64,000 nucleotides of DNA from Acidobacteriaceae bacterium (GTDB taxonomy: Bacteria; Acidobacteriota; Terriglobia; Terriglobales; Acidobacteriaceae): assembly GCA_036267255.1 (NCBI GenBank), contig DATAWK010000036.1:35546-99545 (forward strand), given 5' to 3'. Below, piece by piece: positions 1-11,218 of the stretch (position 1 is its first letter; each line of letters opens with the position of its first letter). A model generated the notes under the pieces. That model saw nothing but the letters and a program-made list of their open reading frames with translations, ran no database searches and was not told the origin of the DNA. A program made the translations under genes and the position numbers.

Positions 1-1
1 T

Positions 2-1603
2 ACCCCCCAATCCATTTCCTATCTTCAATACGACCTGGTGGGATTGGCATATCGTCTTCCCGACATCCACAAAGCGGCAGTCGTCGGTGTCGGCGGAGGC
101 CGCGACCTTTTGACCGCTCACTATTTTGGCGTGCCTGACATCACGGGTGTTGAACTGAATCCTATCTTTATTAACCTGCTCACCAGAAACCCCTACTACA
201 AGAACTTCAGCGACATAAGCGCTCTGCCAAATCTGAAGCTACACGTCGATGATGCTCGCAGCTGGTTTGCCAGTACGCACGAAAAATTCGACCTCGTGCA
301 GATGAGCATGATCGATACCTGGGCGGCAACGGGTGCGGGCGCGTTCAGCCTCAGCGAAAACGGGCTCTACACGCTTGAGGGCTGGAAGGCATTCCTCCAC
401 TCTCTCAATGACGATGGAATCTTCACGGTGAGCCGCTGGTACAGCCCGGGCGATGTCAACGAAACAGGACGCATGATCGGTCTGGCTACAGCCGTCCTTC
501 TGGATTCCGGCGCCAAAGATGTCCGTTCCCAGTTGTTCGTCGCAAATACGGGATATATCGCGACCCTTGTACTGTCAAAGAAGCCCTTCACGCCACAACA
601 GTTGAGCATCCTGCACGCCACGGTACGAGACCTCGACTTCAACGTACTCCTGGCCCCCGATCAACCTCCCCAATCTCCGCTTCTGCGCGCCATTGTTGAT
701 AGCCCGGATCGCGCTACATTGAATCGAGTGCTGGAGGGGACCTACCTCGACCTCAGCGTGCCGACCGACAATCGGCCATTTTTCTTCAACCAACTACGTT
801 TCCGCAACATCCCAAGCGCTGCACTTCGCATGCTCCATGGGACTCTTAAGGTCGGCGTGATCCAAGGCAACTTGATCGCGTCCGGCGTGCTCGTCCTCAT
901 TCTCTTTCTCTCGATCATCGCGGTGATCCTCACGATACTTGTGCCTCTCAGGGGCGCGGCTCAGGAGTCTGCGATGTCGCTGGTCACAGTTGGCAGCTTG
1001 TATTTCTCGCTGATCGGCATGGGCTTCATGCTGGCCGAAATCGCGCTCCTCCAGCGCTTCAGTGTGTATTTGGGCCACCCGATTTACTCGCTGAGTGTGT
1101 GCCTCTTCAGCCTCATTCTGGCTTCCGGCCTGGGCAGTTTGACCTCCGACCGCCTCAAGTTAAACGCACGCTTCAAGCTGCTGCTATGGGGCAGTATCAT
1201 CGTCGTCTACCTGGTGGGAATGGAGCAGGTTTTGCCCGCACTCCTCCAGTCCACCACCGGGCAGCAACGTCTGGTGCGCATAGGAATCTCCCTGGCGGTC
1301 ATCATGCCATTAGGATTTTTCCTCGGCTTCGCCTTTCCAACAGGATTGCGTCTGGTTGAAGTAGTGGACCGGCAACCTACACCCTGGTTCTGGGGCATCA
1401 ACGGCGCAACGAGTGTTCTCGCATCTGTGCTTGCCGTCATGTTCAGCATGGCTTTAGGCATCAATGTGACCATGCTCTTATCCGCCGCCTGCTATCTCCT
1501 GCTGATCCCCACAAGCTTTGCCCTCCTGCGGATGGGACAACAGAGCACTGGCATACCACTGCTCGCTCCGCGCATGCAGGAAACGATGACAGCGAAAAAG
1601 TGA
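2..1603 (+). CDS. Spermidine-synthase-like (SAM-binding fold) domain fused to a C-terminal polytopic membrane domain; 5' end probably outside window
   Basis: ORF 38..1603. The same frame stays open back to position 2, so the true start is likely upstream of the window. The N-terminal half has a VVGVGGGRDLL nucleotide-binding loop and a layout typical of spermidine-synthase-like proteins. The C-terminal half has about 6 hydrophobic helices. Confidence 0.6.
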   Translation, partial: TPQSISYLQYDLVGLAYRLPDIHKAAVVGVGGGRDLLTAHYFGVPDITGVELNPIFINLLTRNPYYKNFSDISALPNLKLHVDDARSWFASTHEKFDLVQMSMIDTWAATGAGAFSLSENGLYTLEGWKAFLHSLNDDGIFTVSRWYSPGDVNETGRMIGLATAVLLDSGAKDVRSQLFVANTGYIATLVLSKKPFTPQQLSILHATVRDLDFNVLLAPDQPPQSPLLRAIVDSPDRATLNRVLEGTYLDLSVPTDNRPFFFNQLRFRNIPSAALRMLHGTLKVGVIQGNLIASGVLVLILFLSIIAVILTILVPLRGAAQESAMSLVTVGSLYFSLIGMGFMLAEIALLQRFSVYLGHPIYSLSVCLFSLILASGLGSLTSDRLKLNARFKLLLWGSIIVVYLVGMEQVLPALLQSTTGQQRLVRIGISLAVIMPLGFFLGFAFPTGLRLVEVVDRQPTPWFWGINGATSVLASVLAVMFSMALGINVTMLLSAACYLLLIPTSFALLRMGQQSTGIPLLAPRMQETMTAKK

Positions 1604-1895
1604 GCCTTGGTAGCGAACTTACAGACTGGAACCATGGGTCTGGGAGTAAACAATTGCACATGGGCTGCGACCGTTGGCTTCATACACCAAAAGTCGTCCC
1701 ATGAAGCCCCGTGGAACTATGCTTAGGGAAAACTTCGCAAATTCAACCCACCGCGCAAAGCCGAGATGTGCCTACGGAATCCGTGGAAATCGTTGATTTA
1801 TATGGGCCAAAAAAAGTGTGTGGCGCAATGCCCGGCAGAGATAGGTAGATTGAAGGTAATATGAGTGCAATTCACTAATATTTTACTGAAACCAC

Positions 1896-1925
1896 TTGAC
1901 AATGGTCTTCCCGAATGCGTACTCT
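1896..1925 (+). promoter_or_regulatory. Candidate sigma70-type promoter of groESL
   Basis: Perfect TTGACA at 1896-1901, an 18-nt spacer, then TACTCT at 1920-1925. It abuts the CIRCE operator, as is usual for HrcA-controlled groE promoters. Confidence 0.4.
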
Positions 1926-1950
1926 AGCACTCGGATGGCAGGAGTGCTAA
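1924..1950 (+). promoter_or_regulatory. CIRCE element (HrcA operator)
   Basis: CTAGCACTC-N9-GAGTGCTAA matches the CIRCE consensus TTAGCACTC-N9-GAGTGCTAA at 17 of 18 positions. It lies about 100 nt upstream of groES. Confidence 0.9.
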
Positions 1951-2050
1951 CACCGTCTTTCCTGCTCTTACCCAAAGCATTTTGTTTCTATCCAAATGAA
2001 AGTTCGCAGGCATCTGTCTGCAATCTGTGCAATCAAGGAGAAGTAACGCT

Positions 2051-2371
2051 ATGGCATCTACGAAAACAAGTGTAACCACCTCTCTAACACCGCTGCATGA
2101 CCGTCTTTTGGTTCGGCGCGTGGAAGAGGGCGAGACCGTACGGGGCGGCATCATCATCCCGGACTCCGCAAAAGAAAAGCCGCAGGAAGGCGAAGTGATC
2201 GCCGTCGGCAAGGGCAAGTCGAACGATGAGGGCAAGGTGTTTCCGCTGGATGTGAAGGCGGGCGACCGTATCCTGTTCGGCAAGTATTCCGGCAACGAGA
2301 TCAAGATCGATGGTGAGGAATTTCTCATCATGCGCGAAGAAGAAGTCCTGGGCATTCTGGCCAAGAAGTAA
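2051..2371 (+). CDS. groES: Co-chaperonin GroES (Cpn10)
   Basis: ORF 2027..2371. The ATG at 2051 is preceded by AAGGAG (2035-2040). The sequence [15 protein letters not shown]...[22 protein letters not shown] is canonical Cpn10, and the gene sits directly upstream of groEL. Confidence 0.95.
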   Translation: MASTKTSVTTSLTPLHDRLLVRRVEEGETVRGGIIIPDSAKEKPQEGEVIAVGKGKSNDEGKVFPLDVKAGDRILFGKYSGNEIKIDGEEFLIMREEEVLGILAKK

Positions 2372-4129
<1,758 letters not shown>

Positions 4130-4152
4130 ACAATCGTAGTACGCAATAACTC

Positions 4153-4190
4153 AAACCGCTCCGCGAGAATTTTCGCGGAGCGGTTTTTTT
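4153..4190 (+). terminator. Rho-independent terminator of groESL
   Basis: Perfect 14-bp stem (AAACCGCTCCGCGA 4153-4166 with TCGCGGAGCGGTTT 4173-4186), a 6-nt loop, and a T-run through 4190. Confidence 0.85.
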
Positions 4191-4202
4191 GCTGCGTAGA
4201 AA

Positions 4203-4499
4203 TCAGCGAGCTGTAGCGTTGCGGAAGGTCTGGTTGTATCCGCGACGGAAACCGTCCCGATAGTCATGAACTGGCTGTCCCGGAGGAACAGGCGGCGTGC
4301 GGAAGCGACGATGCCGGCTGATATCCGGCGCTAATCCATTGGCGAGATCCCGCCGCGCTGCGTCCACTCCGTCATGAAATCCTTGCTGAGCGATTTGTGC
4401 CGGTGGTGGTGGTGGGTAATACGGCTGCGGATGCGCGCAACCGCTGATCGCGAGCGCAAAAAAAGGTACAGCAGCCAATGCCAGCAATTTCTTTTGCAT
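4203..4499 (-). CDS. Small Pro-rich lipoprotein, unknown function
   Basis: ORF 4203..4553 trimmed to the internal ATG at 4499 (MQKKLLALAAVPFFALAISGC), which gives a signal peptide plus lipobox ISGC. GAGGG lies 8 nt upstream. Confidence 0.6.
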   Translation of the reverse strand: MQKKLLALAAVPFFALAISGCAHPQPYYPPPPPAQIAQQGFHDGVDAARRDLANGLAPDISRHRRFRTPPVPPGQPVHDYRDGFRRGYNQTFRNATAR

Positions 4500-4594
4500 G
4501 ATGGAGCCCTCGTTGTTTTTTGTCTCGTCTGCAAACAAGCGACGCATGCACAAGAGAACACGGCGCTCACGACAGAGTTGCGCGGAACGCTGGT

Positions 4595-6187
4595 CTACTT
4601 TTTCAGGTTCAGTCCAAATTTTGGACTGGATTGTGTGCCGGTAATTTTGATGGGAACGTCTGTGCCCGCGCCATTTTTGTGGAAGAGCGGATCCAGCGGC
4701 TTTAGCAGGAGGGATTTCATGCCGGTCATGGTCTGCGATACTTTCGCCTGCAGCAGCGCGTGGCCTTGCAGATCAAGCTGTCGTCCATCCAGCGAATACG
4801 TTCCGTTCAGATTCACCTGCAATCCCGGAGCCTGATACTGGAGGGGTTGCAGCGTCAGCATACTTTTCTTAAGCGTGAAACTACCACCCAGCTGGGAACT
4901 TACGTCGGGATTGTTCGGCAGCTTCGCTTCTTTTGCTCTTCCCTGCGCGCGCAGGCTGAGATCGTCGATCTTCTCCTGCGTCTGAGGATTGTTGAAATGC
5001 ACCTTTGTGGTTTGGAAATTACCCTGCAGCGTAATTCTGTTGAGGACATTTTCCTTGCCGGGTTCCAGATCGAATTTCGTTGTAAGGTGCACGTCTCCTG
5101 TAACCAGGGGCGGTTCGGTTTTTACGGCAAGCTGCAGCAAGTCCTCCAGCTTTCCCTGGTCCATCTGCACGTTCAGCAGGACGCGATGTCCTTGCACCGC
5201 TGGAACACGAACGACTTCTCCATAGGCGACAAACGAGGAGTGCAGAAACTGCGCGTGGACTGGCTGAAGATATGTGTCGCCCGAGGTGCCATCGACGATG
5301 GCGTGAAACTGCGTCTTGAGGTCGACCGGGTGATTGCTGCCGGTGAGGCGGAAATCCGGCGTGTCCGTGATTCCATCGCATTCAATATTGTCCAGCGTGC
5401 CTTTGAATTCTCCAACCGACGAGAGAATACCCGCGATTCCTTTGAACATGCCAAGGTCTGCATTCTGAAAAGAATAGTGGCCCGCTACAGGCAACGCGCG
5501 GGGATACACGGCGTTCCATGGCCCTACCGTGCCGGTTGAGTCGATATCGCCAATGGGTTTGGGATTCACAAGCTGTGCGCTGTAATGCATGGGACGATCC
5601 GGCGCCACACCTGTCAACACCAGGCTGTGAATCTGAAAAACAAGCGGCACCTTACCCGGCTTATTGGTCAGCAGGTGCAGGTTGGCATCATCGCACTCAA
5701 TGCGATCGATATAGAATCGCGTGTTGTGGAAGCGGCCTTTTTTATGCGGCAACTGGTTGCGCACATCTTTGGGCGGGAAGTTGATTTCCAAACCCTGCAC
5801 ATGAACCACGCCAATATGCGGCGTAAGACGAATCACATCGTGCCACGCCACGTGACAACGAAAACTTTGCAGCGCAATGACAGGAGGATATTCCGGCAAT
5901 GCTATGGGTTGGATGCGCAAATCCTTCCCGGTAATATCGAAACCATGCTGGACCGAAACATCGAAGGAACCGAGCGTTACGTTGCTTTCAAATTGCCGCG
6001 AGAGCGACTTGGTAATCTGCGCACGTAAAAATGGTTCGGCATATTTGGCAGCGAGTATCCAGACGGTAATTGCACTGATCCCGAACAGCACGACTGCTAC
6101 GCCCAAAACCCACAGCACAATCCGCTTGACGTGAGAGCGGTGTGGCATCGTATCTGGCATATCGTTCGTCTTGCTATCGTTGGGCAA
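4595..6187 (-). CDS. AsmA-family (AsmA/TamB-like) envelope protein
   Basis: 530 aa with a single N-terminal TM helix (IVLWVLGVAVVLFGISAITVWIL). The long beta-rich body ends in VPIKITGTQSSPKFGLNLKK, resembling the AsmA/TamB C-terminal motif. Confidence 0.6.
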   Translation of the reverse strand: MPNDSKTNDMPDTMPHRSHVKRIVLWVLGVAVVLFGISAITVWILAAKYAEPFLRAQITKSLSRQFESNVTLGSFDVSVQHGFDITGKDLRIQPIALPEYPPVIALQSFRCHVAWHDVIRLTPHIGVVHVQGLEINFPPKDVRNQLPHKKGRFHNTRFYIDRIECDDANLHLLTNKPGKVPLVFQIHSLVLTGVAPDRPMHYSAQLVNPKPIGDIDSTGTVGPWNAVYPRALPVAGHYSFQNADLGMFKGIAGILSSVGEFKGTLDNIECDGITDTPDFRLTGSNHPVDLKTQFHAIVDGTSGDTYLQPVHAQFLHSSFVAYGEVVRVPAVQGHRVLLNVQMDQGKLEDLLQLAVKTEPPLVTGDVHLTTKFDLEPGKENVLNRITLQGNFQTTKVHFNNPQTQEKIDDLSLRAQGRAKEAKLPNNPDVSSQLGGSFTLKKSMLTLQPLQYQAPGLQVNLNGTYSLDGRQLDLQGHALLQAKVSQTMTGMKSLLLKPLDPLFHKNGAGTDVPIKITGTQSSPKFGLNLKK

Positions 6188-6306
6188 GGAGCTTTCGTGA
6201 CCTGCTTAGTAGGATGCATGCAAATAGAAATTCGCATGCATCCGGATCAGATATTTATCCATGCAGGCCAAAGAGCGCCATACGACTGCCGTTCTCTCAT
6301 GGTTCG

Positions 6307-8421
6307 CTATGGAGTTGGCGTGGCCGCTGCCGGCAACGTTGGCAGACCAAGCTCCTGTGCTGTCGGAAAGACATGGGTCTGGTGGTACTGTTCGGCTGCT
6401 ACGCGGAACATCTGGCGGCGCTGAATCCAAAGCTGCATGCTCATGTCGTATTGGATCATCACATTGTCGAGCCAATAGGGACGATTTTCCTTGAGCCACG
6501 CGGCCTTGTATTGATCGCGAATCAAACCATATCCATCGCGCAGGTCATTGCACTGGGAATAGATCCCGTAAATGCCGGAGTGCGATTGACTGATGCCGTT
6601 GTACTCTTCGAGCATTTCCTGCGCCTGCTGAAATTTTTGCCCGATAAAGTCGATGCGGCGCGCTCCGAGCTCCATCGCGTCCAGCGCTTCGACATTCTTA
6701 ATGTTTTTTTGCGCTTTCGCATGCTCGATCCGAATGATGGCATCCTCAGCCTGTATGCGCAGATCGTGCGCCACGGGAAGGATCTTGGCGGAGACCTGCT
6801 GCCCTTCCTTACTCCATGGATCCATCCAGAAAAGATTGTCGCTGGCATCGTCTAGGCCAGCTTTATCCAATGTTTGATGTGCCTCCATCAAATCCAACTG
6901 CGCCTGATTTACATCTCCGGTGGTGTCGTTATGAAATACCTGGCCGTAGCTTTGCTGAAATTGAGGAATGCTGCTTTTGCCGGACTGCCAGCCTGCGGCA
7001 GCTCCAAACAGAACGCCGTACCAATCCTGCGCGAACAGGCCTTCTCCATCGTCATTCCATACCGTGTTGAGTTCGCCGACGGAGCCCAGCCGTTGTCCGT
7101 CCGCTACAAAGCCCTGGATATTCAGCAGGCCTGCATTGCTGTTCGGATACACGCGGCTCCAGTTATTGATGCCGGGCGCAACCCACGTCTCCATGCCTGC
7201 ATCCGTGAACGGTTTGATCCAGCGATCGAAGCCTTCGGGGTGGGGTGAATATTCCCATGCCACCGCAATCATGTCTTTGGGCAGTGTCTTCACCAGATCC
7301 GGAGAATTCATGGCAATGTCGCCCCAGAAGAGCACGCGCTTGTGCAGGGGCTGCAGCGTTGTGTAAATCTGGCGGAGAAAGTCGATGTAGACTTTGCCGA
7401 GTCCCTGCTGCTGGACTGCGGCTTTCGTCTGTCCGCGACCGAGATCGGAGGTCTCATCGGCGCCGATGTGGATGAAAGGGCCGGGGAACATCTGCGCAAT
7501 CTGGGTGAACCACTGGTCGATCAGTTGCAGCGAGCCGGGCTGTCCGGGAGCCAGCACTGCACCGTGCGGCGTTTCCGCCAGATTGGCATATTTCTCATAG
7601 ATCAAGGTGTGATGCAGATGCCCGAAGGCTTCCTGCTCCGGAATGATGGTGATGTGATATTGCTGCGCGTACTGGACCAGCGCCTCGACATCGGCACGCG
7701 TCATGGCTCCCCCGGGAGGCGCAGCCAGCGGGTCGTCAGCATAACGCAGCGTGTTCTCGAAGTACGGTGAGTAGAGATTGATCTTGTAGGATGCCAGCGT
7801 TCGAATCTGCTTCTTCTGATACTCCAGCGTTGGCACGGGACCGCGCGAGAGATCATCGTCCAGGCCGCGATATTTCATTGCGGGCCAATCGCGAATGGTC
7901 ACCTTCTGCAAGGAAAGCGCGCTTCCCTGCCCTGTGAGCAATTGCTTGATGGTCTGCGCTCCGTAAAAAATTCCTGCAGGTGTAGCGGCAATGTCGTAGA
8001 GCGTGTTTCCATCCGTGGCGAGAATATATCCTTCGTCATGCATGGCGGGCGTAAAGACAAGCTGCTGCTTCGCAAGAATGGACGAGGCTTTTTTCGCGTC
8101 GAGACGAAGCAGTTCGATCGTCACTTTCCCTTTTCCATTTACATGGCAGTCGATCCCGCGTTTCTGGAATGCATCGGCAATATTCTGCGCTGCAAATTTA
8201 TCCTCGGCATCGCTGGACGACTTGATGGCAACGCTTGCCTGCAATGGAAAGGCGCCTGTGACCTTCACTTCCCGCGGCATGGGCAGCAACGGCAGGTTGC
8301 TTGTTGTTGCTGCGGTGGAAGAGGCAGCGGTTTGTGCTGGAGCCGAAAAAACGAAAATGCAGGAAAGGAACAGAAGCGCACTCAACAGGATGGAGCAACG
8401 CCGACACGCAGAACAGAACAT
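6307..8421 (-). CDS. Secreted beta-N-acetylhexosaminidase, glycoside hydrolase family 20
   Basis: ORF 6307..8616 trimmed to the ATG at 8421, which gives the signal peptide MFCSACRRCSILLSALLFLSCIFVFSAPAQT. GH20 hallmarks are present: IRDWPAMKYRGL, IIPEQEAFGHLHH, and HIGADET (the H-x-G-x-D-E catalytic motif). Confidence 0.85.
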   Translation of the reverse strand: MFCSACRRCSILLSALLFLSCIFVFSAPAQTAASSTAATTSNLPLLPMPREVKVTGAFPLQASVAIKSSSDAEDKFAAQNIADAFQKRGIDCHVNGKGKVTIELLRLDAKKASSILAKQQLVFTPAMHDEGYILATDGNTLYDIAATPAGIFYGAQTIKQLLTGQGSALSLQKVTIRDWPAMKYRGLDDDLSRGPVPTLEYQKKQIRTLASYKINLYSPYFENTLRYADDPLAAPPGGAMTRADVEALVQYAQQYHITIIPEQEAFGHLHHTLIYEKYANLAETPHGAVLAPGQPGSLQLIDQWFTQIAQMFPGPFIHIGADETSDLGRGQTKAAVQQQGLGKVYIDFLRQIYTTLQPLHKRVLFWGDIAMNSPDLVKTLPKDMIAVAWEYSPHPEGFDRWIKPFTDAGMETWVAPGINNWSRVYPNSNAGLLNIQGFVADGQRLGSVGELNTVWNDDGEGLFAQDWYGVLFGAAAGWQSGKSSIPQFQQSYGQVFHNDTTGDVNQAQLDLMEAHQTLDKAGLDDASDNLFWMDPWSKEGQQVSAKILPVAHDLRIQAEDAIIRIEHAKAQKNIKNVEALDAMELGARRIDFIGQKFQQAQEMLEEYNGISQSHSGIYGIYSQCNDLRDGYGLIRDQYKAAWLKENRPYWLDNVMIQYDMSMQLWIQRRQMFRVAAEQYHQTHVFPTAQELGLPTLPAAATPTP

Positions 8422-8675
8422 CCAGAACACCTCGACAGATAAGATCAGTACAAGTGCGATCGATATTGGTGCGATTCGTGAAGATGCGCATAAGGCAGAT
8501 GCATTCCCTTGCGATCCAACCAAACACAGCACGCATTCACGCAGGCAGAGTGTTACACATGCAGTATAGTCAGGTAGACAGTTTCCCTGCAGAAGAATGT
8601 TGTACGGAGTATCCAAAAGATCGTTGGCAACGCCATGCGTTTTGTGTGTGAATGCTGTTCGATCGCTGAATTTTT

Positions 8676-9641
8676 ATGAGCTACTATCTCGGAATTGATG
8701 CTGGCGGAACCAAAACAACCTGCGTTCTTGCAGATGAGACGACCGTGCTGGCCAGGACAACGGCTGGCTCCATCAAAATAATGCGCGTCTCTGAGCAGGA
8801 AGCGGAGACCAACCTTACATTGCTGCTGAAAGAACTGACATCGCAATCCGGTGTGGGCATGGACTCGGTGGCATGCACTTGCATTGGGCTTGCAGGCATT
8901 ACGGTTGCGCGTGTGGAGCAATGGACCCGCAGCGAGCTGCAGAGAAAGATCAGCGGAAAGATTTTGATTTGCGGCGATGAAGAGATCGCGCTCGATGGCG
9001 CATTTTCCGGTGAGCCTGGCGTGCTGGTCATGGCAGGAACAGGATCGAATGTTATTGGCCGAAAGATGGACGGCAGCGTATTTCATATTGGCGGATGGGG
9101 CCCGGCGGTATCGGATGAAGGCTCTGGCCATTGGATTGGCCTCCAGGCGGTTCGCGCAGTGCTGCACGCATTCGATCGCGGAGACGTGACGCTGCTGCAG
9201 GCCGCTGTTTTGAAACAATGGCAGATCACGACCATCCCGGAGATGGTTGCTGTGGCAAACCAAGTGCCGGGGCCAGATTTTTCTCAACTGGCGCCGGTGG
9301 TTGTGGAGTGCGCGAACGAGGGCGATGCGATGGCGTGCGCAGTGCTGGAGGATGCAGGCAGAGATCTGGGACGATTTGTAACTCTGGCGCTCAAGAAAGT
9401 GCAGGATTCCGCTCCAACTCCAGAGGCACGGGTGCGATTGGCTTTTACCGGCAGCGTGCTGGGAAAGATTCCCCAGGTACGCCATGCCTTGGTGGCAACC
9501 GTACAACGTTCGCTGAGAAATATCGAAGTGCGCTCCGAGCCAGTAGACTCTGCGATGGGAGCGCTCTGGCGAGCTCGCAATAGCAAGGAACTCTCGCTAT
9601 ACGCGGCCAGCAGCCCGCACCCGTCAGCGAGCTTTATTTAA
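8676..9641 (+). CDS. BadF/BadG/BcrA/BcrD-type ATPase, likely N-acetylglucosamine kinase
   Basis: MSYYLGIDAGGTKTTCVLAD is an ASKHA phosphate-1 motif, and GTGSNVIG plus GGWGPAVSDEGSG are typical of the NAGK family. The gene lies between the GH20 gene and nagA. Confidence 0.75.
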   Translation: MSYYLGIDAGGTKTTCVLADETTVLARTTAGSIKIMRVSEQEAETNLTLLLKELTSQSGVGMDSVACTCIGLAGITVARVEQWTRSELQRKISGKILICGDEEIALDGAFSGEPGVLVMAGTGSNVIGRKMDGSVFHIGGWGPAVSDEGSGHWIGLQAVRAVLHAFDRGDVTLLQAAVLKQWQITTIPEMVAVANQVPGPDFSQLAPVVVECANEGDAMACAVLEDAGRDLGRFVTLALKKVQDSAPTPEARVRLAFTGSVLGKIPQVRHALVATVQRSLRNIEVRSEPVDSAMGALWRARNSKELSLYAASSPHPSASFI

Positions 9642-10802
9642 AATTTCCTGCTCGACCAAAGCCCCACTCAGCAGTGTGGCCTGTACGGCGCCGCTGGCAG
9701 AAAGAACGGTGATGTCCGCCGGCATGCCCGGTTCCAGACTGCCAAGTTGTTTTTGAAGCCCGGCCATGGTGGCAGGATTCACGGTTGTGCACCGCAGACC
9801 CGTCTGCAAATCACATTCGGTAAAGGTCATGAAATTCTGCAGTGCTTTGTCCAGCGTGAGCACACTGCCCGCCAGCCTGCCGTTGGACAAGCACATTCCG
9901 TTGGCAACCGTGACATCCATGTAGCCGAGCCGATACGTGCCGTCCGGCATGCCCGTAGCGCTCATCGCATCCGTAACCAGAATGCTGCGAAGCGGTCCTT
10001 TTGCCTTGAAGAAGAGACGCACTACGATGGGATCGACGTGGATGGCATCGCAGATAATCTCCGCATACAAATCCTGGTGATCCAGCACAACACCGAGCAG
10101 ACCTGCATCGCGATGATCCAACGCACGCATCGCATTGAACGTATGCGTAGCACTGCTTGCACCGGCAGCAATGCCGGCAAAAGCGGCTTTCGTTCCAGCG
10201 TCACTGTGTCCCAGGCTGATGCGCACTCCCTTTTGCGTCGCATACTGGATCAGCTCAATGGCGTTGGGCAGTTCCGGTGCGATGGTCATCAGGGAGATGT
10301 GGCCGCCAGCGGCCTGATAGAAGCGATCGAATAGCTCAATCGAGGGCGTCAGCAAATACTCCGGCGGGTGTACGCCGCGTTTTTCGCAGGAAAGAAACGG
10401 GCCTTCCAGATGAATGCCGCGCGGTTTGGCTCCGGGGTGATCGGTGCGTTCCAATTGCCTGGCCAATCCATCCAGGGCACGCAGAATCTTTTCTTCCGGC
10501 GCTGTGACGGTGGTTGCGAAATAGGAGCCGACTCCATGCGAGGCCAGAAACATGCCGATGGTATCCATCGCATGCGTCGAGCCTTCCATGACATCGCTGC
10601 CGCCGCCGCCGTGCATATGGACATCAAAAAATGCAGGTGTCAGCGTGGCATCGTCATACTTTAGATGCTGCGTTGCTGCGGGGATAGCTGCATGGTCTGC
10701 GGGTTGAATGCTGGCAATGTGACCGTCTTCGATAACGACAACAGGACGATGGACGCTCCTGCCAGGGGTGAGAATGCGGGCGGCTGTAATGACGGTGCGC
10801 AA
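9624..10802 (-). CDS. nagA: N-acetylglucosamine-6-phosphate deacetylase
   Basis: 392 aa with FFDVHMHGGGG, GIHLEGPF and the HSDA/HTFNAM motifs of NagA amidohydrolases. Its 3' end overlaps the convergent kinase gene by 18 bp. Confidence 0.9.
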   Translation of the reverse strand: MRTVITAARILTPGRSVHRPVVVIEDGHIASIQPADHAAIPAATQHLKYDDATLTPAFFDVHMHGGGGSDVMEGSTHAMDTIGMFLASHGVGSYFATTVTAPEEKILRALDGLARQLERTDHPGAKPRGIHLEGPFLSCEKRGVHPPEYLLTPSIELFDRFYQAAGGHISLMTIAPELPNAIELIQYATQKGVRISLGHSDAGTKAAFAGIAAGASSATHTFNAMRALDHRDAGLLGVVLDHQDLYAEIICDAIHVDPIVVRLFFKAKGPLRSILVTDAMSATGMPDGTYRLGYMDVTVANGMCLSNGRLAGSVLTLDKALQNFMTFTECDLQTGLRCTTVNPATMAGLQKQLGSLEPGMPADITVLSASGAVQATLLSGALVEQEILNKAR

Positions 10803-11177
10803 GGTTTCTCTCTACATTCCTGTTGGATGGGCAAAGCTAAAATTGATGCATAAAATCTTTAATACTTACAATCCATCGACCAGTTCAAGGGAGTAGCAAT
10901 GGTTCCATATGGGGAATTCACGGTAATCGATAAAGTAATGCAAGCTGTCGTGCAAAGCCAGCGGCAATGCCTGTATAGTTATATGCCTGTATATACATTA
11001 CACGCAATTGAACCTTTTTAATGTATTCAGGTAGGCACTGGGGCAGGCTTCACTGGCTTTCTCCACAGAAATAGAGCGAATCGTAACCTGAGCAAAGAGA
11101 AATATGCAGATTGGCATGGCCCCCAGCCGCAGAAAGGGCCGGAGCTCAACTCCAGCCTTTGTGCGACGGACCTTCGG

Positions 11178-11218
11178 GCATCCATAGATCCATCATCTAT
11201 CGGTACATCTATGGATGC
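11178..11218 (-). other. Perfect 12-bp inverted repeat (hairpin) spanning the stop codon of the M14 peptidase gene
   Basis: GCATCCATAGAT (11178-11189) pairs with ATCTATGGATGC (11207-11218) across a 17-nt loop. There is no U-tract, so a terminator role is uncertain. Confidence 0.3.

Noticed and set aside
10898-11020. 40-codon ORF (MVPYGEFTVIDKVMQAVVQSQRQCLYSYMPVYTLHAIEPF) with an AGGGAG RBS in the nagA upstream spacer.
   Set aside because: The RBS is good, but the ORF is made largely of the AT-rich repeat/palindrome that looks like regulatory DNA. There is no compositional or homology support, so it is more likely promoter/operator sequence.
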